Assembly (NCBI GenBank): GCA_964016885.1
Contig: OZ024757.1
Span: 11,594,001 to 11,658,000, forward strand
Direction of reading: 5' to 3'
DNA: 64,000 nucleotides
Source: Eledone cirrhosa
Taxonomy: Eukaryota
Numbering within the stretch: the stretch's first letter is position 1; each line of letters opens with the position of its first letter. A program made the translations under genes and the position numbers. Below the pieces are notes generated by a model that saw only the letters and a list, made by a program, of their open reading frames with translations, did not search any database and was not told where the DNA came from. Below, piece after piece: positions 54,394-64,000 of this stretch.

Positions 54394-56330
54394 ATGCTGA
54401 CAAGAATCGACCGCAATACCTCCTTGAAGAACATTCCTATCCCACCAAGGAAACAGTACCTAAAAACCCTCATTAGACGAACTGATGAATTCATCAAACG
54501 TATTAGATGGAGATCGTTCTTTTTCGACCACCCTGATGTAGCATTTACCAATAATGAGATGTACGGCTTTAAATCTAATAAGGCTCCACCCACCAACAGC
54601 CTACTTGAACCATTTGAAGAAGACCTCTTTCAAATGATCAAAAATATTAAATTCAGGAAAGTCAACATACCTTTCCAAACGGACTTAAAGGAGAAACTTC
54701 TGAAAATGAAAAGTTCCCCGTACCTCCACGTCCTTTCAGACAAAACAAAAAATACTTATGCGGTTATTCCCGACACCTACAACAAGCTTGCTGATAATGC
54801 CATCATAGCAAAGTACAAAAAAGTTGATGACACTACTTTGACTGAAACAAACTTAGCCGGAAAGAAGATCGCCACTTCCCATAAACTGGAAGATCGGACA
54901 GAACCTCTGAGGGTAAAATTCCCACACTTCACCCTGAAAGACCACAAGAACAACTTTGATATTAAACCGTAGTTCCGGCTGATTAACCCGACCAAGTCTG
55001 ACATAGGATCCGTCAGTAAGAAGATCATGGACAGGATTCTACCTAGACTACGTGCTGCCTCACCCGTCCCACTCTGGAATAGGACATCCGAGGCAATCAC
55101 ATGGTTCCGGGATTTGCCCGACAAAAGCAACACCCGTTTCCTGCAGCTAGACATCGAGGACTACTACGCCTCCATATCAGAGAGCCTGCTGATTGACGCG
55201 ATTAACTTCGCCAGGAACTTTACCACCATCACCGAAGCCGAGCAGGATGTGATCCTCCATGCACGTAAGACTTTTCTTTACCATGACAGATCCCACTGGA
55301 TCAACAAAAAATCTGAGACCCCCTTCGACGTTAGCATGGGTGCTAGCGACTCGGCTGAAATAAGTGACCTTGTGGGTCTGTTCATCCTCCACAGGTTGAA
55401 GACCCTCTTCACAGGCCTCTCCGGTGGTCTCTACCGAGATGACGGCCTCTTTGCCCTCCACAAAATCAACCCCAGGACCACGGATGGGTTCAGGAAAAAC
55501 CTTCACATCTTCTTTAAAAACTTAGGCCTTAGGATTACCTTAGATTCGAACTTAACTAAAGCTAACTTCCTAGACGTTACCCTCGACTTAGAAACATCCC
55601 TTTACTACCCGTACCACAAACCTAATGAATCCCTTAGATATATAGGCGTTAATTCTAACCACCCCAAAAATATATTAGACAACCTAGTGAAAAGTGTCTC
55701 CATTAGGATATCTAGCCTCGCCGCCAATGACGATATCTTTAGAGCAGCAGCCCCATATTACAACGAGGCCCTGGCCCGCAGCCGCTTTAGAGATAAGATC
55801 ACCTACCTTAGTATAGCCCCACGCCCACCCAGGAAGAATAGGCGAAGGCACATTAGCTGGTACCCCCCCTCCCTCAACCGCGAAGTTTCAACACCTGTAG
55901 CTAAAATGTTCTTCACTCTCTTACAAAAACACTTCCCCACCCAACATAGGTACTATACAATTCTTAATAAGAATACCATCAGACTCTCCTTCTCTACCAC
56001 ACCTAATCTAGCTAGAAACTTAGCCAACAATAACGTCAATAAGCTAAATAAGTCTACTTTTTCCGAAGCCCATCCAGCAACCGATGGCAATTGCAATTGC
56101 CCTGATAAGACTACATGCCCCTCAACAACAACTGTCTAAACGATCTTACACGGGAGGCCATAATTGCTGTGACCTCTGTATCTCCGAGAGCTATGAGATT
56201 CTATTCGCCAAAGGCCCTCTCCTCAACAAGATCTCGGAACACTCCCCTAATTGCATGCACAAGAACTATGCAAATTACAAAAACTACAGACCCCCCCGAT
56301 TGACCCCCCCCCCCATATCACCCTCTCCGT
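54394..56330 (+). pseudogene. Penelope-like element ORF (RT), with in-frame TAG at 54970-54972, frameshifts near 56120-56145 and deleted GIY-YIG core
   Basis: SLKNIPIP...FIKRIRWRSFFF N-terminus. KP*FRLINPTKSDIG read-through. LDIEDYY, SMGASDSAEISDLVG, LYRDDG and FLDVTLDL RT motifs. CNC..CP...C linker, then CDLCISE..LNK..C.H tail. Confidence 0.88.
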
Positions 56331-56568
56331 CCCCCATCCCACTTCCGTCCCTCCATCTCTCATTATTACCTTCTTTCCTCCCCTCCAGGTCTTTATATTG
56401 TGTTGTATGCCTCTGAGTAAGGTTCCGTGGCCGCATACACAAATTCACGTATATATCTGAATATTAATATTTTAGTAGTGATTATAAATAATTTAATCTT
56501 TTATCAGGCTGAGTTTATAATTTATAATTTGTCCCACTACTTTTTCCCAAAATATATATAGATACATA

Positions 56569-56638
<70 letters not shown>

Positions 56639-56649
56639 TAAACAAATAT

Positions 56650-56786
56650 ATTTATCTTGACTCTGTATACCGTTTATCTTTCACCGAAAGTGATTTTTCA
56701 TTACATTTCTTCTTTCCATGATATCCGAAATACATTGAGTTCTTCATACGGATTGGACACTACCGTAAACTCTTGGTAGATTTATC

Positions 56787-56790
<4 letters not shown>
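56650..56790 (+). repeat. Solo ~140-bp segment between TA tracts; inverted diverged copy of 52486-52620
   Basis: CATTGAGTTCTTCATACGGATTGGACACTACC and GGTAGATTTATCTACA are reverse complements of sequence at 52485-52547. Confidence 0.8.
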
Positions 56791-56865
<75 letters not shown>

Positions 56866-56909
56866 AAGTTAAATAAAAGTCAAATGATTAAAATTTAGCT
56901 TCGTTTATT

Positions 56910-56964
56910 ACTGCTATATATATTTCAGTGACAGCCATCTTTGGCTGTGACCTCTTCAGGCAGT
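56910..56964 (-). ncRNA. Minimal PLE-type hammerhead ribozyme
   Basis: ACUGC-CUGAAGA-GGUcACAGCCA aaga UGGCUGUcACU-GAAA-UAUAUA-UA-GCAGU; palindromic stem III. Confidence 0.85.
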
Positions 56965-57248
56965 TTGAATTTGTATGGTATAGACAAGTACATATGTTGT
57001 TTAGGTGTATGATATTGTCAATACTCTGATATGCCCAGTTCCTTGTTGGGTTGTTAATTCACTGGGGAACTGGAGTCATATGAATTCAAACAAACGAATT
57101 TCAGTGTCACAGGTCCACTTCTCCTCTCTTTATTTAACTTTATTTAACTTTATTTTACACTACTCCGGAGTAACCAAACCAACCTGCGCACTTCGTCGAG
57201 TGCTCCAGCCTGCATACTGAGGTGTTGGTATACAACCAACATAAACTC

Positions 57249-57402
<154 letters not shown>

Positions 57403-57489
57403 AACGAGTGCGTGTATGTCTATATGTGTATATGTGTATGTAATTGTATGTGTGTATGTATATATGTATATGCATATATGTATATATAT

Positions 57490-57822
57490 ATATTGTTATA
57501 CTTTGGGAGGGTCATGTTGGCAATAAGAAACACACGCACCAGTTGCTTTCACTTCAATTTATTATATATTTATAAATTTATAAATTTACAAATCTACAAA
57601 TTTATAAATTTCTGGTTGGTTGGTTGGTTCCACAACCAGATAGTTGTTTATATATAGTCATAGTCCTTTCGTCACACACTCTGTGACATCTTCAGTGACT
57701 GGGGATTTCTTTCTTTGTTTCTGTGCCTTTCCTTTCTTCTGTCCTACGCCATTTTGTTTCACACAGAAACTGGTGCGTGTGTTTCTTATTGGCAACATGA
57801 CCCTCCCAAAGTATAACAATAT
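57490..57822 (-). mobile_element. 333-bp mini-element with 55-bp inverted termini and an internal hammerhead
   Basis: 57490-57544 and 57768-57822 are reverse complements with one mismatch. Confidence 0.75.
57656..57700 (-). ncRNA. Minimal PLE-type hammerhead ribozyme
   Basis: AGUCA-CUGAAGA-u-GUCACA gagug UGUGAC-GAAA-GGAC-UA-UGACU. Confidence 0.85.
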
Positions 57823-57876
57823 CGGTTTCAACACACGATTTCAGATAAAGAATCTTGCTAAACAAATTCAGAAACG

Positions 57877-57988
<112 letters not shown>

Positions 57989-58111
57989 GTGTGTATGTAT
58001 GTGTTTGTGTGCATGTATGTGTATGTATGTGTGTGTATATGTATGTATATGTATGTATAGAATAATTTATAGAGACATTACATACATGTATATATATATA
58101 TAGAGAGACAT

Positions 58112-58171
<60 letters not shown>

Positions 58172-58329
58172 ATGTATATATGTGTGTGTATGTGTATGCG
58201 TGTGTGTGTATATGTGTGTGTATGTGCTTTTTTGTGTGTGTATATATATATATGTATAGATATACATATATATATGTGTGTGTAAGTGTTTATGTATGTG
58301 TAAGTGTTTATGTATGTGGTTGTGAGAAT

Positions 58330-58526
58330 GTAAATATATTTTATTCTTTTCATTCTACAAAAACACTCTGGCCACCTGTAGCTTGTATGTTAACTTGACC
58401 ACTCACCATAGAACAATGATCTGTGCCATGATTCGGTCTTGTTTATCTTCTAATACCAACCCACCTAAACAAATTTTCCCTACTCTATATCTGTTGAATT
58501 ACTATTCTTGGGGTTTTTATTTATTT

Positions 58527-58565
<39 letters not shown>

Positions 58566-58876
58566 TTCATTTATTTATTTATTTATTTATATATTTATTT
58601 ATTTATTTATTTATTTACTTTTTCGTTTTCTTTTTATTTTACAAAAGCACTCCGGCTAATTGACCACTCCCCAAAGAAAAAACGGGCTGTGCCATGTTAT
58701 GGTCCTGTGTATCTAAATACCAACCTACCCCAAAATCCACCCCCAGCCACAACCCCTCCCTTACCACTACCTAAATGTATAAATACCAGAACTTAATATG
58801 ACACCCTGCTTCCTGAAGATTTCATCTGAATGAAACAGTTCTAGTCCTGTAGAATCTCCTTCTATACAATAAATAT
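58330..58876 (+). repeat. Hammerhead-containing pLTR-like module, copy 2 (hammerhead 58808-58856, stem I weakened)
   Basis: 58434-58876 matches 53851-54282. It extends 5' with a degenerate internal duplication (TTGACCACTC...CTGTGCCATG) and ends AATAAA-(TA)n. Confidence 0.8.
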
Positions 58877-58956
58877 ATATATATATATATATATTAGAAA
58901 GTGAGGTTTTTTTTTACAAAATGAAAAATAACCGAGGTGTCCTACACGAGTGAAAG

Positions 58957-59254
58957 TATAAAGAAAAAGAGATGAAATCGAAAATGCAACTGAAGTCTTA
59001 TTTTAAAAAAAAATATATATATTTATTTGGTTCCTTTACCGGTTTCGCAGTTCTTCTGCTTTTCAAAAGGTGAGTTGAGATGGAGGGTCTGTGGTTTTTC
59101 TCACATGTGAGAAAAACCACAGACCCTCCATCTCAACTCACCTTTTGAAAAGCAGAAGAACTGCGAAACCGGTAAAGGAACCAAATAAATATATATATTT
59201 TTTTTAAAAATAAGACTTCAGTTGCATTTTCGATATCATCTCTTTTTCTTTATA
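58957..59254. repeat. Spacer-less palindrome with 149-bp arms, centred on ACATGT (59103-59108)
   Basis: The arms are reverse complements with about 2 mismatches. Confidence 0.95.
59141..59178 (+). ncRNA. Minimal hammerhead with U3-A8 core variant (mirror copy at 59033-59070 on the minus strand)
   Basis: CCUU-UUGAAAA-GCAG aagaa CUGC-GAAA-CCGG-UA-AAGG; palindromic ACCGGU stem III, GUA site. Confidence 0.78.
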
Positions 59255-59269
59255 TATATATATATATAC

Positions 59270-59340
<71 letters not shown>

Positions 59341-59346
59341 CATATA

Positions 59347-59414
<68 letters not shown>

Positions 59415-59581
59415 CATATATATATATACATATATATACATATATATACATATACATATATACATATATTTATACATATATATATATATACATATATATA
59501 CATATATATATATCCATATATATATATATACATATATATACATATATATATATACATATATATATATACATATATATATAC

Positions 59582-59636
<55 letters not shown>

Positions 59637-59686
59637 TATACATATACATATATATACATATATATATATATGTATATACATATATA

Positions 59687-59731
<45 letters not shown>

Positions 59732-59794
59732 GTATATATATATATACATATATATATATGTATATATATATATATACATATATATATACATATA
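59255..59794. repeat. (TA)n/(TACA) microsatellite
   Basis: Direct inspection. Confidence 0.97.
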
Positions 59795-59796
59795 AC

Positions 59797-61312
59797 TCCA
59801 TCTAGTTCGATATCTGTAGGAGCAGACAACTCCCAAATAAAATTAAGCTCAACTACACCACTAGAAATAGCAGACTACTCACTCTCTACCACCTCATCAA
59901 GACCCACAAGAATAGTACTAAGACGCAAATAAGACCCATCGTCTCTAGCATAGAAGGACCCCTATACAAAATTTCCTGGCTCCTCTCCCAGGCCCTCAAG
60001 CCTTTACTCTCCACCTTTCCCGGGCATGTCAGTAGCTCCGACGAAGTTATACGTAGGCCTACACCAACTCCAGCCAGAACAACTTAAACTAAATAAATAC
60101 GCCTTTAGCCTCGACGTTGACTCCCTCTACACTACAGTACCCGCTCATCCAGCTGTCGATTTATTGACAGACTGCGTGGTCGCAGAGGACATCCACTGCT
60201 ACGGCCTCCACCCGACGGACATACACCAGCTTTTGTCCTTCACAGTAGACAACACGTACTTCACCTTCCACCACCACAAATACAGACAGACAACAGGATT
60301 ATCCATGGGATCCAGCCTATCGGGCCTGCTGACCATCACCTACATGAACCAGCTAGAATGCCGAGCCCTCAACACCTGCCATTCCCATGCCTTCTTCACC
60401 CGATATGTAGATGACATACTCATCCTTACATCATCCTGTGAGGAGGCAGATAAAATATACACAACATTCTCCAGCATGGACGTCAGTATAAAGTTCAGCA
60501 TGGAACACCCCGATGACCGCGGATCCCTATCCCTACTGGACTTCCAACTCAGGGTAACAGAGGAAGGCAACATCCACACCTGCTTCTATAAAAAAGCCGC
60601 CAGCAGGGACCTGTTCGTACATTTCAGATCGGCCCTCCCAGCCGGCGCTAAGTTCGGATACATAAGGAACGAACTAACACGTATCCGGAACAAATGCACC
60701 GACGCTAGAGACCGAGACACACACACCACACATTTCCTGGAAGTACTCAAACTGAACGGATACACGACATCCACCACAAACCGTGCCAGAAAGAACAGAG
60801 GACACCACACCCGAGGCACTAACACTTGCTTCCTGAAGCTTCCACACTTCAGTGAAGAAACAACAACAGCCATCCGCACAGCTATCAGACGAGAGGGACT
60901 AGATATCCCACTGGCCCACTCAGGTCCTTCTCTACGCGGACAGCTAACCAAAAGACACTCCACCAGACATGACAACTGCTGCAGACTAGCCAACTGCCCC
61001 ATCAACGACACAGACCTATGCCACCAGGCTTACGTCGTATACAGACTAGAGTGTGACAAATGCAACAACTTCTACGTAGGTAGCACCACCAGACCACTCC
61101 ACATAAGAATAAAAGAACACCCCAATACTAACGCTTCCTCATTTAAGAAACACCTAGTTAAATTGAAAAACACCGACAAAACCATAACAGTTAGGATAGA
61201 AACTAAGGAAAGAAACCTCGGCAATCTTAGAATTAAGGAAGCACTAATTATAGACAAAACACAATCACCAATCAATAATAGACTAGAACTCAACACCCAA
61301 TTTATAACTTGA
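59797..61312 (+). pseudogene. 5'-truncated Penelope-like element ORF: RT + C-terminal GIY-YIG endonuclease, frameshift near 60055
   Basis: The upstream frame reads LYHLIKTHK...IRPIVSS. Then FSLDVDSLYT, GLSMGSSLS, RYVDD, LLDF, and VVYRLECDKCNNFYVGSTTRPLHIRIKEH, followed by LRIKEALII..IN. Confidence 0.92.
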
Positions 61313-61703
61313 TAGAGCTTCTAGCCCCATATTTACCCCCCACCCCACCCACACACACGCACACACGCACGCATACACACACACACACACGCTTACACCT
61401 CCACTTATTCTCTCTCACACATACACACCCAAAACCAATTCTAACACGAGATAACATCTATCCCCCACATTTACGTATAGACATATCTTCTCACACTCAC
61501 ATACTTACACCTTCATGTATTCTCCCACACACTTAAACAGGCAAGTACAAAAAAAAAAAAAATAAAAACTTTTAAAGGGAGACTACTCTTTATCCACCTA
61601 ATCTTAACTCTTTGACATTAGAGATAGAACAGATACTCTTTACCATTTCCTGTCAGCATGACTTGGCAAGCTATTTAGAACACTGGATTAACAGCTTTAC
61701 TTC

Positions 61704-61738
61704 CCTCTGAAGAAGAGATATTATCTCGAAAATTAAGG
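61704..61738 (+). ncRNA. Minimal hammerhead in the PLE 3' UTR/pLTR
   Basis: CCU-CUGAAGA-a-GAGAU auu AUCUC-GAAA-AU-UA-AGG; palindromic AAUU in place of stem III; AATAAA follows at 61746. Confidence 0.7.
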
Positions 61739-61869
61739 ACATTTAAATAAATCTAAGGTAAAAGACTAATTGTCAACAATATCTTTTACATTTGTTTGGC
61801 TTTATTATACATATACAAACGTTTATATATATATATATATGTATATATGTATATACATATATATATATG

Positions 61870-61916
<47 letters not shown>

Positions 61917-62088
61917 GTATATATATACATATATATATATGTATATATATACATATATATGAATGTATATATATACATAGATATATATATATACATATAT
62001 ATATATATACATATTTATATATATACATATATATACATATATATACATATATATATATATATATACATATATATATACATATATATAC

Positions 62089-62119
<31 letters not shown>

Positions 62120-62175
62120 CATAAATTAATAAAATAATGAATAAACAAAGAAACAGTTCCTTATATTTAAAAAAT

Positions 62176-62317
62176 TCATCATTTTACGATCGTTTCTAGG
62201 ATATATATGTGTTAGAGTTGGTATGCATATTCTATAGATCTATGTACAATATTTATACAAACTATCAGAGGGAATATACATACTTACACATATATATGCT
62301 GTCTTCAGAAATAATGA
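62176..62317 (-). ncRNA. Hammerhead ribozyme with ~110-nt stem II and palindromic stem III
   Basis: UCAUUAUUU-CUGAAGA-cAGcAUAUAUAUGUGU...GUAUGUAUAUUC...GAAUAUGCAUAC...ACACAUAUAUAUcCUa-GAAA-CGAUCG-UA-AAAUGAUGA. Confidence 0.75.
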
Positions 62318-63015
62318 TATTTGTTTATTGAAATAAACAAAGATTCAATAACATAGGTCTGTTTGGGAACAGGTTTTGAATTGACCAATAGAGAGATAGT
62401 GAGGGTCAAGATAGTAATATAGTAGTAGAAGAACCTTAAATTATGGGTAGAGGAAGGTAGATTTCAGTTTTGGATGGAAAAGAATATTATGAATGAAGGA
62501 TTATTTTAGGGAGGAAATAGGTCTTATGCTGACCTCAGAAATAATTTTATTTGTTCATTGAATAAAACCAACAAAGATCTAATATATTCTGTCTGTTTGG
62601 TAAGAGGTTTAGAATTAACCAATAGAAAGTTAATAATTGGCCAAATGGTAAAATAGTAGTAATTGAAGCTTATTTTAGGGGTGAAAATAGGTCAGGTGGT
62701 CAGTAAAAGGTATACAAGCAGTTGCTGTTATAAAATAGTAATGCCAATAGAAATATCTAAGGTGACTAAAGTTTTACGATAAGAATGTTAGTGAAAAAAA
62801 TACATCTATGAAAAGAATATAAATTAATTTAATTGATGGGTATATTTATATTGATAAAAATTATACTAATACATATAGATATGATAAATAAGAGTTAGAT
62901 GCAGTTGAAAAGTGCTGTTAAAGATGAGGGGAAATTAAAAGAGTATAAAAATAATATATATATATACTTATATATATATATATATATACATATATATACA
63001 CATACACACACATAT

Positions 63016-63102
<87 letters not shown>

Positions 63103-63514
63103 CATGCATATATACATACATATGTATATATACACACATACACACTTACATATACATATAATTATTGGGGGGGGGGGGAATTAAATTTATTAGTGAGAAA
63201 TAATAAATATATATAGTTTTCAAGGAACATAGAGTCATAACCTGAAGTTAAAGCATTATATATGTTTACTTAATGGTATCAGTTTTAGGAAATGATAGTT
63301 GTAAGAAGGAAAGCAAAGTTATGTAGTTCATCAGTAGTAGAATATTAATTATAGGTTAACTAAATTAAAAATAGTTTACATATTAATTTCTAAAGTGTAT
63401 ATTAATTAGGTTTATAATGTTTAAAGCAGAATTATGTAGTTCATCAGTAGTAGAATATTAATTATAGGTTAACTAAATTAATAATAGTTTATATATTAAT
63501 TTCTAAAGTGTATA

Positions 63515-64000
63515 TTAATTAGGTTTATAATATTTAAAGGTTTTTCTCAGTTTATGATTACACGATATTATTAATTCCTGTCGCTTATTTAATAGGATAT
63601 CCTTAGATTTCATTATTTCAAAAAGTTCTTGGGAACATAATCTACATTCATATCTACTATTTTGATAAGGGGTGGCCCTTTTGAGCACACTCAAGGTCAG
63701 GTCATAATCTATATTCCTCTTTCTATAACTATTAATTATTTCAGCTAGAGATGTTGTATTAGCTAGTGCGGCATTTTTAAAACTATGTTTGTGGGTATTA
63801 AATCTTACCTTAAATTTGTTAGAAGTAGCTCCTATATATGAATAAATTGAGTCCTTAGTGTTAACTTTACATTTATATACTATGGTATTAACAAGGCAAT
63901 TTCCTTTTAATGGACAGTTTGCCTTGTTTCTACAGTTACAACTTTTCGTGAATCCTGTATCTGAGGAGATATTATGGTTAGTTTGATGTACTGGTGGTAT
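63515..64000 (-). pseudogene. Degraded PLE GIY-YIG endonuclease domain
   Basis: Manual translation: SCNCRNKANCPLKGNCLVNTIVYKCKVNTKDSIYSYIGATSNKFKVRFNTHKHSF, then frameshifts, ...CRLCSQE...LNKRQELIISCNHK...*. Confidence 0.87.

Larger units (their letters stand above)
62121..64000 (-). mobile_element. 3' part of a Penelope-like element (GIY-YIG remnant, long 3' UTR with hammerhead), open at the right window edge
   Basis: Coding remnant at 63515-64000, a 113-bp tandem duplication at ~63319-63539, and a hammerhead at 62176-62317. Confidence 0.82.

Noticed and set aside
56400-56440. Hairpin TGTATGC...GCATACA containing CTGAGTAA at the PLE 3' end as a hammerhead
   Set aside because: There is no GAAA or stem III/UH site; at best a decayed motif.
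63319-63450. CUGAUGA on the minus strand in the 113-bp duplication (also at ~53710)
   Set aside because: No downstream stem II-GAAA-stem III-UH with a matching stem I was found.

Overview
Eukaryotic, probably invertebrate animal, repeat DNA with no host gene. Positions 1-46795 are a tandem array of about 87 copies of a 539-bp AT-rich monomer organised into higher-order repeats. Read on the minus strand, each monomer folds into a type I hammerhead ribozyme (8-bp stem I, CUGAUG-U core, GAAA, long stem III, GUC cleavage site), so the array looks like a retrozyme-like satellite. It ends in a 61-bp fold-back that abuts a (TA)n tract. The remaining 17 kb is a TA/TACA microsatellite field holding one near-full-length CR1-group LINE (CCCH-finger ORF1, APE-RT ORF2 with two lesions), pieces of three Penelope-like elements (PLEs), and several small hammerhead-bearing modules. 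These include a spacer-less 298-bp palindrome with a U3-A8 variant hammerhead and a hammerhead with a ~110-nt stem II. All RNA folds were paired by eye; activity is untested.
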